Positions 1-9,759 of a DNA stretch of 64,000 bases are shown one piece after another; within the stretch, counting starts at the first letter, position 1; every line of letters starts with the position of its first letter. Made by a program: the position numbers and the translations under genes. This stretch comes from a virus: positions 1 through 64,000 of IMG/VR virus record IMGVR_UViG_3300049719_000225. One strand, 5' to 3'. The notes beneath the pieces were generated by a model. It did no database searches, had not been told where the DNA came from, and worked only from the letters and a program-made list of their open reading frames with translations.

Positions 1-885
1 GGCCTCTGTAACGATGCAACAGGTAACAGGGGCATCAACTTAAAGACGGGCCTAACCAACTGTTGGAGGTGCGGAAACCCGGGTTCGCTCAAGAGCTACG
101 CCCAGAGGCTGGGCATAGAACTTGACCTCGGAGAGGAGGAGTCTGGGGCCACGTTGGATGACTTGGAAACGGCCCTGAATGAGTTCGAGAGCCCACAGAA
201 GGCAGGCACTGACATAGTCACGGAAGTGCACCTGCCGAGAGGGTTTACGCCCTTGACACTGGACGGACAGGACAGTTACCACCGACTGGCTGCGGCCATG
301 GCGAGACGGAAGAAACTCACACTGGACGACCTTGTGGACGCTGGAGCTGGCGTGGCTCCAGAGAACAGGAAGTGGGAGCCCTATGTTATATTTCCTGTAT
401 GGGAGTGGGGACGGGTGGTGTATTGGCAGGGCCGTACCATGATTGATCCCTTTGAGGGCGTGACCAAGGAGTTCCCAAGCAGGGCTGAGCTACCCCGAGG
501 CAGCCGCTACTGGGTCTACGGGATAGATGAACTGAGGGTTCGAGGAGGCATCGTCGTGCTGGTGGAGAGCATCCTGAACGTCCTCAGTCTGAGACGGGAA
601 TTGGCCCACAGGGGACTGAAAGAGTTCGTGCCCGTGTGCATCTTCAAGCACCACATCAGCCAGGAACAGCTGGCCAAGATTGGACGCTGTCGCAACATCC
701 AGGAACTCTCGTTCCTCTACGACTCGGACGCCACGGCAAATGCAGACGCCGAAGCCTCGAAATTGGTCAACCGCTTTCCGCGGGTGTCGGTGGTGGTGAT
801 GCCAGATGGTGACGCCAACGATGACGCCGCACTGGCCGTGGACCAGCTTCTCGTGCGTAGGCCGCCCGAGGTGGTGATGCTTTAG
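1..885 (+). CDS. DNA primase (zinc finger + TOPRIM), 5'-truncated by window edge
   Basis: Frame is open from base 1 (GLCNDATG...TNCWRCG zinc knuckle); YVIFPV...VVYWQGR, VLVESILN and LYDSDATA TOPRIM-like motifs. Confidence 0.85.
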   Translation, partial: GLCNDATGNRGINLKTGLTNCWRCGNPGSLKSYAQRLGIELDLGEEESGATLDDLETALNEFESPQKAGTDIVTEVHLPRGFTPLTLDGQDSYHRLAAAMARRKKLTLDDLVDAGAGVAPENRKWEPYVIFPVWEWGRVVYWQGRTMIDPFEGVTKEFPSRAELPRGSRYWVYGIDELRVRGGIVVLVESILNVLSLRRELAHRGLKEFVPVCIFKHHISQEQLAKIGRCRNIQELSFLYDSDATANADAEASKLVNRFPRVSVVVMPDGDANDDAALAVDQLLVRRPPEVVML

Positions 886-890
886 GCCGG

Positions 891-1136
891 TTACTTTCCG
901 GACGGACGTTCGTGTAGACCCTTTTCCTTGAGCAGGGCCGCTACGTCCTCCAGGTGGAGGCAATCGCACATGCACGCCATCGTGACACTGGGATTGAGAG
1001 GAGCTAGTGAGCCGTTGCAGTAATCGTTGCCGGGGGTGGCGTCATGGAGCACGCCAAGGGACATAATGCTTCCGTTGCTCCCGAGTTGAACTACCTTGTC
1101 GCCGTTGTGCGCTTCCCTGCCGTTTCTGTAGTGCAT
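891..1136 (-). CDS. Hypothetical phage protein (MHYRNGREAHNGD...; Cys-rich C-terminus)
   Basis: ORF track gives 891..1250; ATG at 1136 preferred because TATTCT lies 10 nt upstream. Confidence 0.5.
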   Translation of the reverse strand: MHYRNGREAHNGDKVVQLGSNGSIMSLGVLHDATPGNDYCNGSLAPLNPSVTMACMCDCLHLEDVAALLKEKGLHERPSGK

Positions 1137-1246
1137 ATTTGTGGTAAGAATAGATGTTCGCATCCGCGAAATTATCTGATCCTCAATCCTGGACATCGCC
1201 TCCATGTCCTCCACATGCTTGCGTATTGAGGCCCAGGTCTCTGGAG

Positions 1247-2044
1247 TCACGGAGTGCAGTAAAGCTCGCCGTCGTCTCCCACGTACAGGTCACATTCCCC
1301 GAAGGCCTCGGCGGCTGCAGTGAGAGCCCGGCCAGCCTCCTCTTCGTAGTCCCCATCCCAGAAGCCTGCACCGTGCCCGTTGCGAGTGAGCCAGAAATAG
1401 TGTCCTGCTTTCTCGTCAGGGGTGGACTGTGAGACAACCACGAGGTCCTCGAAGTACTGGTGATTCTGTTCCTGAAATTTCAGGCAGTCGGCCTCCATCT
1501 TGTCGAAACATTCGGAGGATATGTCACCCACGCAATAGGTCTTATCCAGGTGTTCTCCATCATCGCCCGTAGACGACCACAAGGCGCAGGTCATGTAGGC
1601 GTTCGTGAACGAGTCGATGCCGGGACTCTCCTGCCTGCGGGGAGACACCTCTTCCAAGAGGCTGGTGATGAAGCTGGACACACTTTCACCTGTCCAGCCC
1701 CAGGGGCGGCCATCCGGTCGTACATGACCTTGTAACTTCTTCTTCTTGAAGAGGCCGCTAAAGTCTATGTCAGCATACGATTTCTTGGGCTGCTGGTTTG
1801 CTCGATCCATGGCCCCGCGTTCCTTGGCCCGGATGCGCTGGCGTTCAGCGGGGATAGGCGCAGGACCAAGATCACCCACATGGCCCTCCTGTTTGGCTCC
1901 AAACTGCTGCTTCCAGATGCTGAGTTGCGTGCGTGCCATTTTCTCGTCCGTGAAAGTCTTGTACCTCTTGACAGTCTCGTCAGGCATCTCCAGAACTTGG
2001 GCGGCCCATTTTCCGCCCTCCTTAAAGACGGAGTAATGGTACAT
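1247..2044 (-). CDS. Hypothetical phage protein, possible head-packaged protein
   Basis: 265 aa; internal ESVSSFITSLLEE; C-terminal AGHYFWLTRNGHGAGFWDG block. Confidence 0.6.
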   Translation of the reverse strand: MYHYSVFKEGGKWAAQVLEMPDETVKRYKTFTDEKMARTQLSIWKQQFGAKQEGHVGDLGPAPIPAERQRIRAKERGAMDRANQQPKKSYADIDFSGLFKKKKLQGHVRPDGRPWGWTGESVSSFITSLLEEVSPRRQESPGIDSFTNAYMTCALWSSTGDDGEHLDKTYCVGDISSECFDKMEADCLKFQEQNHQYFEDLVVVSQSTPDEKAGHYFWLTRNGHGAGFWDGDYEEEAGRALTAAAEAFGECDLYVGDDGELYCTP

Positions 2045-2403
2045 CAGTAGCCTCCGAGCATCGGACAGTAACCGCCGGATGGGCGATTGAAATACCGCTG
2101 AATGCCGAAGCCGAGGGTGCTGCCGCCAGAGGCCGACCCGATGCAGCGCACCTGGGTGTAGGCGCTGACCACCTGCACATTCACCTGGTATCCAGGCTGC
2201 AGGGAATTGTTCAGGGGGTTTCCAACGGTCTGGATGTCGGTCCAGTTCACGCCGTCAGGCGACTGCTGGAAGTCGTAGTTGAGCGTGTTCGTTCCGTCGT
2301 TGGACAGGATGACGTTGGCGTTCACCGTTCCCTGCTGGGGCATCGTGAAGAGCACACCAGAAGTGCTGCCCACCACCTGTTCGTCTGTCACAAAGGTTTG
2401 CAT
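2044..2403 (-). CDS. Small beta-rich virion protein, probable paralogue of 15893..16408
   Basis: TAGTTAG 3 nt before ATG; G/S/T/N/Q-rich; NVILSNDG...GNP pattern shared with 15893..16408. Confidence 0.55.
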   Translation of the reverse strand: MQTFVTDEQVVGSTSGVLFTMPQQGTVNANVILSNDGTNTLNYDFQQSPDGVNWTDIQTVGNPLNNSLQPGYQVNVQVVSAYTQVRCIGSASGGSTLGFGIQRYFNRPSGGYCPMLGGY

Positions 2404-2410
2404 GAGCTAA

Positions 2411-2485
2411 CTACAGGGCGACTGCAGGTGAGGCCCACGTAAGCTGAGCTATGATCGCCCCATCAGATTCACGGTGCCACTTCAT
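2411..2485 (-). CDS. 24-aa small ORF MKWHRESDGAIIAQLTWASPAVAL
   Basis: TAGTTAG 3 nt before ATG; its TAG stop is the start of the next gene's motif. Confidence 0.35.
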   Translation of the reverse strand: MKWHRESDGAIIAQLTWASPAVAL

Positions 2486-2555
2486 CCACTAACTACACAA
2501 TCTATTCCAGACCTGTAGTGTTGGGTAAAATTCTACGTAAGTGATTGATAATCAA

Positions 2556-3098
2556 TCAGAAGGCAAGCCTATGTTGGAGAGTTGGCGTAAACGTGGAGTC
2601 CTTGGCGATGCCCGGTATCGTCCAGCGGATGAGGAGCGTCTGATCCCCGGAGTAGAGGCCGAACTCCGTCAACAAGTAGCCATTGGCATCGTTGACGCCC
2701 AACGTGAAGTAAATCTGGGCGTAGAAGGGAGATGGATAGGACACGTAGTCGATCAGCTTCGTGTTGTAATTGGCGCTGTCGGGAGCCACGAGGGGCACCT
2801 GCGTCAGCAACTGGGTGTTAGCAGTGGTCGGGGGCACCACGCCCGTGCCGCACCCGAAACGTTGAATGGCAAATTGAATGATTGGTGAGCGGGCGGTGGC
2901 CGCATAGCACAGATACTGCCTGAAATTGTCGAGCTGGAGGTTGGGGCCGAGCGGAACCTCGTCGCTGGTCAGGTCCCATCCGGGAAGTGCCTTGCCAGGC
3001 GTGATCCAGCCGTACCGTATGGCATCGGCCAATTTGACGGTGTTACCCTCGGCATCCTTGACGCCGACGACGGAACTGAACCCTCGAAAGTGCTTCAC
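2556..3098 (-). CDS. Baseplate/tail-collar fibre attachment-like protein
   Basis: FGCGTG...NTQL and ANGYLLTEFGLYS motifs; late motif 3 nt upstream of GTG. Confidence 0.65.
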   Translation of the reverse strand: MKHFRGFSSVVGVKDAEGNTVKLADAIRYGWITPGKALPGWDLTSDEVPLGPNLQLDNFRQYLCYAATARSPIIQFAIQRFGCGTGVVPPTTANTQLLTQVPLVAPDSANYNTKLIDYVSYPSPFYAQIYFTLGVNDANGYLLTEFGLYSGDQTLLIRWTIPGIAKDSTFTPTLQHRLAF

Positions 3099-3244
3099 GC
3101 ACTAACTAGCCCCGTCCGCACCACTGCAGTATCTTCCCGAAGATTATCAGCGCCGACGACGGAACTGAACCCTCGAAAGTGCTTCACGCACTAACTAGCC
3201 CCGTCCGCACCACTGCAGTATCTTCCCGAAGATTATCAGCGCCG
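3062..3244. repeat. Exact 89-bp tandem duplication bounded by CGCCG microhomology
   Basis: 3062-3150 equals 3151-3239, followed by a third CGCCG at 3240-3244. Confidence 0.95.
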
Positions 3245-3407
3245 CCAGGATGCTGACAATGGTCCAGACGATTGTTGCGGGCATAATTGCAAAAAGGGCG
3301 ATGAAGGCAATCCAGAGTGCAGCTATTGCTAGGGCCGTGGCCAACAGGATGACGAGGACACGGTAGAAGAAGATGAAGAGGACAGCTACTACTAGGAATA
3401 CGAGCAC
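3195..3407 (-). CDS. Small integral membrane protein
   Basis: Almost entirely hydrophobic 70 aa; GTG at 3407 lies 6 nt after a -10 box. Confidence 0.6.
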   Translation of the reverse strand: MLVFLVVAVLFIFFYRVLVILLATALAIAALWIAFIALFAIMPATIVWTIVSILAALIIFGKILQWCGRG

Positions 3408-3413
3408 AGGGTC

Positions 3414-3442
3414 ACCATACAGGATTTGCAAAGAAATGTAAA
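3414..3442 (-). promoter_or_regulatory. Sigma70-type promoter TTTACA-N17-TATGGT, leaderless geometry
   Basis: Minus strand TTTACA (3442-3437), TATGGT (3419-3414), start codon 6 nt downstream. Confidence 0.55.
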
Positions 3443-3448
3443 CAGAAA

Positions 3449-4117
3449 TCAGAGAGGACCCTTCTTGAAGTAGGCTTCGGCCATGATGGCAGCCTTGGCA
3501 GGACACGTACCTGCAGTCTGCAATATGCTAGTTGCCAGAGCCTTAGTAGCCTCTACCTCACCCACGAGACTGTTCAGTGTATCGATCACCTTGAAGACCG
3601 GACCCAGGTCCTTTTGCAGATCGGCAGCCACTGTGGAGGCTAGGGCGCTGACGGCCTGGTTGACTGCCTGAGCGGCCAGGGATTCAGCTCGATTCACCAC
3701 CTGTTGCTCCACCGCATTGACGATGTTTTTGACTACCGCTCCAATGATCTGGCTCACGATTGACTGAAACGGATCCACACCAGGAGTGCTGATAGAGAGC
3801 CCCATTGGCATCGGCACCTTCAGGGCACTCATCAGGCCTTCTACACCACTGATCAGCGACTTTACGGCAGGGATGTTGAGGGCGTTCAGAACCTTAGCCT
3901 CGGCGTTGGCGAGGCTAACGCCCGCGGCGTTCAGAACCTCGGCCCCGGCGTTGGCGAGGCTAACGCCCACTTCGGCCCCAATGCTGGTCACAGACAACCC
4001 CACGTTCAGTGTGGTGGCACACGGATCTGCAGCAACTGCAGCCGTCACAGAGGCCACGATGCCCGTGGCGCTCGTGGGTATGCCCAAGCCTGGAGTGAGT
4101 CTACCGAGTGCGCTCAT
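3449..4117 (-). CDS. Ala/Val-rich helical virion-associated protein with internal repeat
   Basis: Coupled to spike gene by ATGA overlap; GVSLANA(G/E)A(E/K)VLNA repeated. Confidence 0.55.
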   Translation of the reverse strand: MSALGRLTPGLGIPTSATGIVASVTAAVAADPCATTLNVGLSVTSIGAEVGVSLANAGAEVLNAAGVSLANAEAKVLNALNIPAVKSLISGVEGLMSALKVPMPMGLSISTPGVDPFQSIVSQIIGAVVKNIVNAVEQQVVNRAESLAAQAVNQAVSALASTVAADLQKDLGPVFKVIDTLNSLVGEVEATKALATSILQTAGTCPAKAAIMAEAYFKKGPL

Positions 4118-5040
4118 GCAGAGAAGGTGGTTGTGCTAGCGGTGATGGGGAGCGTCACGATGGGAATGATGGGTGGCGACGTAGGGAAACCCAGGTTGCC
4201 TGTGTGCGTGTGCGTATCATAGTACGCAATCAGGAGATTCAGCACGGTGGCGAGATCACCCGCTCGAATCACTGGGCCGTTGGCCTGGCTCTCTGGACCC
4301 AGCAGCACAAGAGGTGAGTTTATCTTGTTTACAACGGCTGAGAGATTGTTGATGAGGGCGTTCAGCTCCACATTGTTGCCACTTATTGTGGCATCCCCCG
4401 TGTTCACCTTGAATGTGTTGGCGGGGTTGAACTGGTAATCCTGTCCTGTGAATTTCAGAGCCCCAACGAGACCCATCATGTTGGGTGCGTAGATGTCGAG
4501 CTGCTGAGTCGAGTCCGTGAATCGAAGCAGATAGCCGTTCGCCGTTCGCAGGGTGAGGCTGTCCTCCTGGAAATCCATCAGATGCCCATAACGGCTGAGG
4601 AAGGCGCTGGCGGGGGCCTTTGTAGACGTGTTCAGGTCGCCGCTCGCATCTTCTGTGATTGTGGGGGCTGTCGAACTAGGAGAGGCGTCTGTATAACCGC
4701 CCGGATCCCTCGACCAGCCACCAATGCCTGACACCTGTGTGGTATCTTGCCCACCCCACGTCCATACGGGTTTCTCCGGTTCACCGTCAAGAAACTGAAC
4801 GTAGACGTGATCACCAACGGTGGGAAGCCAGCCTATCATTCCGCTTTTGTTCGTTGCTCCCGCAGGAAGCCCCATAGGAAGAGCCCAGGGCAAATCATTG
4901 GTGGTGATAGCGCTTCCATCCGCCTCGTTGCCGGTAACGGTGCCGTACACAACGGGCACGCGACAGCGAAGACGACCCATTTTCAGAGGATCTCCCGTGT
5001 CTTCCACAATCCCACCGTAGAGTCCAGTCAGCTCATTCAT
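4114..5040 (-). CDS. Baseplate central spike (gp5/VgrG OB-fold, gpV-like tip)
   Basis: GIVEDTGDPLKMGRLRCRVP, LPWA, PTVGDHVYVQFLDGEPEKPVW; C-terminal HTH (DTHTHTGN) metal-binding tip. Confidence 0.85.
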   Translation of the reverse strand: MNELTGLYGGIVEDTGDPLKMGRLRCRVPVVYGTVTGNEADGSAITTNDLPWALPMGLPAGATNKSGMIGWLPTVGDHVYVQFLDGEPEKPVWTWGGQDTTQVSGIGGWSRDPGGYTDASPSSTAPTITEDASGDLNTSTKAPASAFLSRYGHLMDFQEDSLTLRTANGYLLRFTDSTQQLDIYAPNMMGLVGALKFTGQDYQFNPANTFKVNTGDATISGNNVELNALINNLSAVVNKINSPLVLLGPESQANGPVIRAGDLATVLNLLIAYYDTHTHTGNLGFPTSPPIIPIVTLPITASTTTFSA

Positions 5041-5972
5041 TGTGCGTTATTTACCTGGGCCCAGAACTGCTTTAGACTCATCATGGGATTGTCATCGGCG
5101 AAGTCTTTCGTCTCACTGGCAGGCAGGTAGACCAGGTGAACCTGATGCCCACCGCTACTGAGTTGCAGATCCTTGGTGGGTATCAGGGCAGTGACGACGC
5201 CCCCGAACTTGCCTGCCGCATAGCTTCGAGCGTAGTCTCTGTCGGTGGTGCAGTAGTCTCCGGGTCTGATGACAGAATCTGCCCGGGGAGTGCCTCGATA
5301 CACCTTTACCTTGCCGTTCCAGTCTCCCTTTGGCTGGAGGTGGTGTTTGATCTCCTCCCTATCCCACGAGTATCTTCCCTGATCGTTGTTGCTCAATTCC
5401 CGGCCGAAATCGGCCACGGTGAACGGGTTTCCCTGGTTGATGTTTGTATATCGTCCACGAGTGGCGGCGTTGTACACCGTACGCCACAGTTGGGCCACCC
5501 TGTCATCGCCGAAACGGCTGACATCACGCCCCATGTTGAAGCTGTCGCTTGAGAAGTTTTTGATGAAGGCCCGCCGTGCCTGAGGCCATTCCTTGCCTCG
5601 CAGGATTTCCTTGATGTGGGCGAGAGGGTCATCGGGGTCTGGGGCCGCCTTCTTGAACCGTTTAATGGCCTTCTGGGCTCGTGCATCATCCTCGGCATAG
5701 ATGAGCTGCTCAAGGTCACTATCCACCTTCTGCAAGCCATCCTCCTCGTCCCCGCCCAATGACCTAGCCAGGGCAAGTCGCCTGTCACTCAGTTCCTCAC
5801 TATTGCTGAGCCAGAGGCTGATTTGGTACCAGCTGTACCAGTCCCGTTGAGCCTCCTTGCGAGTCTGGTTCCTGCTCAGCTCCCTGCGGGTGTCATCCAG
5901 CAGCCCTTTTATGGATTGCTGCCACGCATCGGCTTCCTCAAAGAGGAGGTCAATGGTCTGGCGAGTGCTCAT
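5037..5972 (-). CDS. Putative head-packaged protein with C-terminal ADP-ribosyltransferase-like motifs
   Basis: Start reassigned to MSTRQTIDLLFEE (CAGTTAT 3 nt upstream); VKVYRG...IRPGDYCTTDRDYARSYA. Confidence 0.5.
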   Translation of the reverse strand: MSTRQTIDLLFEEADAWQQSIKGLLDDTRRELSRNQTRKEAQRDWYSWYQISLWLSNSEELSDRRLALARSLGGDEEDGLQKVDSDLEQLIYAEDDARAQKAIKRFKKAAPDPDDPLAHIKEILRGKEWPQARRAFIKNFSSDSFNMGRDVSRFGDDRVAQLWRTVYNAATRGRYTNINQGNPFTVADFGRELSNNDQGRYSWDREEIKHHLQPKGDWNGKVKVYRGTPRADSVIRPGDYCTTDRDYARSYAAGKFGGVVTALIPTKDLQLSSGGHQVHLVYLPASETKDFADDNPMMSLKQFWAQVNNAQ

Positions 5973-5975
5973 GCA

Positions 5976-5998
5976 ATAACTGGTGTGGTGACAGTTAG
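5976..5998. promoter_or_regulatory. Back-to-back late-motif pair (CAGTTAT minus, CAGTTAG plus)
   Basis: Each copy lies 3 nt upstream of the divergent start codons at 5972 and 6002. Confidence 0.65.
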
Positions 5999-6001
5999 GA
6001 T

Positions 6002-6883
6002 GTGGGATTAGTCGTTTCACAATTCAAGAACCCCTGGGGGGCGACAGCCTCTAGCTCAACCATTGGCTCGTTCCAACCGGCTCGGCCGGATCTCTGGCAA
6101 CTCGATTTCTCGTCGCCTGCATCGACGCTGCCCGGATACTTGCAGGCTGCTTTCGGTGCTGAGCCCGGTGTGAACAACGTGCAGCTGTACCAGCAAGTGC
6201 TGGCAACCCTCACGAACAATCAAAACTATCCCACTTTTCTTGCTCGCACTGTGCAACTTCCGAAAAGACTCGTTGGTGTAGGTCCAACGGTGAGGAGGGA
6301 CAATGCACCCTTCGAGAGCCCCGGCTACCGTGCGAACGTGAGCCGGGTTGAGATCACGTTCATCCACGAACTTTCACAGACCTACGGAATGAGCTACATC
6401 TGGGCTCTCCTGACAGCTTGGCGGGCTTTTGCTCGTGCTGGAGAAGGCCCCGATTTCCCTGGCAGCCCCGATATTTTCTTCGGTCTCGTGGCAGCGGCTA
6501 ATGCGTCTGGAGGTGGCAGTGGCCTCATCAGTCCCTATCGGTATGATTTCGCAGCCACTTTGCTCATGCCCAACATGGGGCAGAGCGAGGACGCTGGAGA
6601 CGCTCACTCGATAGCCAACTCACTTACCCTGGGTCCCGGTTACATCGTGAAGAACGCATGGCCTGTCGAGTTTGGCACGGAGCCTCTGAGTTACGAGAAC
6701 GGCAAGGGCATCCTTGAAATCAAGGCGTGTTTCCAATGCGATGATGTCGTGCCAGAGACTGGCAACGGAATAGGACAGGGCTACTTCAGCAGCTTGAACA
6801 ATCTGACGCCCTACAATATAGGATTGCTCGGAGGTCGAGCAGCAGGCCAAGTACCAACCCCAGGAGGAGCCCTCTCTGGTTAG
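6002..6883 (+). CDS. Tail tube-like protein (gp19/gp54 family paralogue)
   Basis: NPWGA...PARPDLWQL mirrors NNWGA...PLRPDLFRV of 6880..7524; VKNAWPVEFG..LSYE motif. Confidence 0.7.
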   Translation: MGLVVSQFKNPWGATASSSTIGSFQPARPDLWQLDFSSPASTLPGYLQAAFGAEPGVNNVQLYQQVLATLTNNQNYPTFLARTVQLPKRLVGVGPTVRRDNAPFESPGYRANVSRVEITFIHELSQTYGMSYIWALLTAWRAFARAGEGPDFPGSPDIFFGLVAAANASGGGSGLISPYRYDFAATLLMPNMGQSEDAGDAHSIANSLTLGPGYIVKNAWPVEFGTEPLSYENGKGILEIKACFQCDDVVPETGNGIGQGYFSSLNNLTPYNIGLLGGRAAGQVPTPGGALSG

Positions 6884-7524
6884 GTGGACGGGACGAAGCT
6901 GTTGTTGGTAGCGCCGGGCAGGAACGACAGGTCGGACGGATCGAGCGGGTACATGCGATCCATCTGGATGCTGAAGTTCACGGTGACGATCTCGTTGCCC
7001 ACGCCCATGTCGAGGTTTTCAGCCACCTTCAGGCCCTTGATCAGGACGCCTTCCAGATACCACCTGGGGCCGTCCACGAACGCATCATTCGCTGTGTCCG
7101 TGGGATCAGCCACGGCATTCATGGAAGGGATGAGGAAGTAGAGGAACCCGTTGGTCTTGATCAGCGACGTGATTGCCACGCCGCCATTCTGAGCATTGGC
7201 CGTGAGCTGGTACCAGCGTTCGAGGATCTCCACCGTGCGCCTGTTGAAGGCCCACCGAACGTTCAACTCGACCGGCTGCAGGCCCACGTCTGCACCGATG
7301 ACATAGTTCGTCTGCTGCAGCCACTTGATCGGAATCATCTCACGCTCACGAGCTGGGAATGGGAACGACTTTATGGCGAAGCTCACCTCGCTGTCCCACA
7401 GGCCCGAGCCACCGCCAAGCACCTGCTGAGGTATCTGGAGCTGAACGCGGAACAGGTCGGGGCGCAGCGGGTCAAGCTGCGAGTTCTGAGCGCCCCAGTT
7501 GTTTGTGTATTGAAGGACGGGCAT
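6880..7524 (-). CDS. Tail tube protein (T4 gp19-like)
   Basis: Directly after sheath; RPDLFRV, LERWYQL, LEGVLIKGL...LDM...VNFSIQMDR. Confidence 0.8.
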   Translation of the reverse strand: MPVLQYTNNWGAQNSQLDPLRPDLFRVQLQIPQQVLGGGSGLWDSEVSFAIKSFPFPAREREMIPIKWLQQTNYVIGADVGLQPVELNVRWAFNRRTVEILERWYQLTANAQNGGVAITSLIKTNGFLYFLIPSMNAVADPTDTANDAFVDGPRWYLEGVLIKGLKVAENLDMGVGNEIVTVNFSIQMDRMYPLDPSDLSFLPGATNNSFVPST

Positions 7525-7550
7525 CGTAGAGGTGGTTTACCTAACTGTCA

Positions 7551-9710
7551 TCAACCCGTGGCTGAGACACCGTTCACTGCGTTCAGTATGGCACCCGCCT
7601 GGTTCACCGTGATGTTGAGCAGGATCTGCTCTGCCACCGTGGTGGGGATGATGGCCAGGTTGACGATCACCTGACGGGCGTTCTGAGTCTGCGGTGTGTT
7701 GTTGATCGTATCCACTTCCAGGAAGAATGCGTTCAAGCCCCTCTTGTTCTGGATGGATGTCAGCAGGTTAGTGAACTCAAGGTTCAGCTGCGAGTACAGC
7801 ACCGTGTCGTTCGGATCGAAGACGTGGGTGATGGCGATGGCCGTCATGCCCTGCACGATGTAGTTCACCAGGTGGACCGCCTGGATGTTCTGCAGGGCGC
7901 TGGAGAGACGCTGCGTCGTCCTGTTACCCCAGACGAGCACCGATCCGCTCTGGAGGATGATCGGATTCATCTGGTTCGTGCCCGAGAAGAAGGTCTGCTT
8001 CACGGACGGGCTGATGCGGGGGTAACGCACTCCGTTGATGTACTGGAGTTGACCACGGACTTGACCAGCGGCGGCGAACCACGGGGCATACTGTGCGAAC
8101 GTGGCTGAGGCAGCCGTCAGGTATCCGAGGGACGGAGGCTGGTACTCGAAGTTGCCCGTGTACGTGTTCTGGGCGTAGAGCCAGTTGAAGAAGAAGCCAC
8201 CGCGGAAGTTGTTGACGATAGGCTGGCCGGAATAGCTTCCGACTCCGTTCGTCCAGTCGAGGGCCTGCGGCGGGGGCAGGAGGTCAGGAACGTCGAGGGG
8301 AGCGAAGGCGTTGATGTCACCGCAGACACGCAGGAGTTCCTGTGCAATGGAGGGGTCTGTCTGGCCCGGGGCTGCGATGACTGCGAGCTGATAGAGCGAC
8401 GGATCATCGAACACCTTGATGCCCGTGCCCGTGCCGTCAGCATTGAACACGCCCACGTAGTCCGCGGGTTGTAGGTTGTTCGATCCATCGTTGCCCAGGG
8501 CAAACTGCCCGAGGTTCACCGAGGCGTAGGTGAGACCCCACGGCTGGATGGTGTTGGCGGGCGGCTCCGTGCCGGTGATAGACTGCAGGCCCTGCCATGT
8601 CGGGATCTGCACCAGCGTGTTGTTGCTGGGCTGTGTCGGGATGGCAAGGATGGTGCCCCAGTAGTTGGCATTGCTCGCCGTCATTGTCAGGTTGTCGTAG
8701 GTGGCAACGAGAGCACCGTTCAGGAAGACGTTAAGCTTCTTGGTGTCCTGCAGGGTGCCAGGGCTCACCTGGGCGGCCAGACCCACGGCGTTTCCGTAGG
8801 AGTTGGCTCCGTAGTTGGCCCAGCTTCCCGGGGTGCCTGCATTCAGAGTGATGGAATTTGTGTACGCACCCGTCTGCACGACCACGGTACCCGTTGTGTA
8901 GTTGTCCTGCAACAGGCAGCCCTGCTGACCCGTCAGCGTGTTCGTGGAGTTGATCAGGGTGATGATCTGGCCGCTGATCGAGGCGACCACCGCTTCACGA
9001 GTGGTCTGGAAGCCCGCCTGCGTGATCTTGATCGTGTTTCCTACGACCAGTGCCGCAGCGTTGCCCGTGGCTGTGAGGGTGAATCCGCTCTTGGTGCCAG
9101 AAACCGTGCCCAGGGTGGCGGTGAGAGGGTTGCCGTACACCGGGGAAAGGAGAATGACTTCGGCATAGTTCGCAGCGCCCGAGTAGGGGCTCACGTCGAT
9201 TTCGGCGGTGGTGTAAGTGGAGGCCAGAGGAATGCCGCCCGAGCTGACGAGGTTGATTGTGCCTGCCGACCCGAGCGTGCCTGCGCTGGTGCTCAACACC
9301 TGGGTGTTCGCCGTGGTTCCGAGCAGGCCCTGCTGAACGCGGATGTATGAGCCGGGTGCCACGGAGGTGGCTGCGCTTGTCAGAATTTGGTAGGAGCCCG
9401 CGTTTCCGCTCGCGGAACCCGTGATGATGCAGCCTGTTGGGCCGATGGTGGACGTGTACTGCCTGCCAACACGGGCGATCTGAACAGCGTTGGAATAGGG
9501 GGTCACCGCTGCCACGGTCTGGGCCACGTAGGCTCCCGTGATGGACGAACCGAACTGGCTGACGTAGCCACCCGCATCACTCACGGGGCTCGCCACGTTG
9601 AACAGGCCACGAGTCGCCGGTCCCACCAGTCCGAGTGAGAACAGGGACTCTGGCGTGTTGTTGAACGACTGGTCTGATACCGAGGTGTAGACTCCAGGAA
9701 AGGTAGGCAT
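7551..9710 (-). CDS. Contractile tail sheath protein (gp18-like) with beta-rich insertion
   Basis: MPTFPGVY N-terminal arm, IAAPG, PWFAAAGQVRG, NPI...VLVWGNRT, VFDPND. Confidence 0.93.
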   Translation of the reverse strand: MPTFPGVYTSVSDQSFNNTPESLFSLGLVGPATRGLFNVASPVSDAGGYVSQFGSSITGAYVAQTVAAVTPYSNAVQIARVGRQYTSTIGPTGCIITGSASGNAGSYQILTSAATSVAPGSYIRVQQGLLGTTANTQVLSTSAGTLGSAGTINLVSSGGIPLASTYTTAEIDVSPYSGAANYAEVILLSPVYGNPLTATLGTVSGTKSGFTLTATGNAAALVVGNTIKITQAGFQTTREAVVASISGQIITLINSTNTLTGQQGCLLQDNYTTGTVVVQTGAYTNSITLNAGTPGSWANYGANSYGNAVGLAAQVSPGTLQDTKKLNVFLNGALVATYDNLTMTASNANYWGTILAIPTQPSNNTLVQIPTWQGLQSITGTEPPANTIQPWGLTYASVNLGQFALGNDGSNNLQPADYVGVFNADGTGTGIKVFDDPSLYQLAVIAAPGQTDPSIAQELLRVCGDINAFAPLDVPDLLPPPQALDWTNGVGSYSGQPIVNNFRGGFFFNWLYAQNTYTGNFEYQPPSLGYLTAASATFAQYAPWFAAAGQVRGQLQYINGVRYPRISPSVKQTFFSGTNQMNPIILQSGSVLVWGNRTTQRLSSALQNIQAVHLVNYIVQGMTAIAITHVFDPNDTVLYSQLNLEFTNLLTSIQNKRGLNAFFLEVDTINNTPQTQNARQVIVNLAIIPTTVAEQILLNITVNQAGAILNAVNGVSATG

Positions 9711-9759
9711 GTTAGGATTGCTGCTCCTAACTACTGATCATAAATTTCGCTCCATCCCA

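Noticed and set aside
3062-3244. CRISPR array or att site
   Set aside because: Two adjacent 89-bp copies with no spacer; no cas or integrase gene in the window
6002-9710. Bacterial contractile injection system (T6SS/eCIS)
   Set aside because: Capsid, prohead protease and replication genes in the same window show a complete phage
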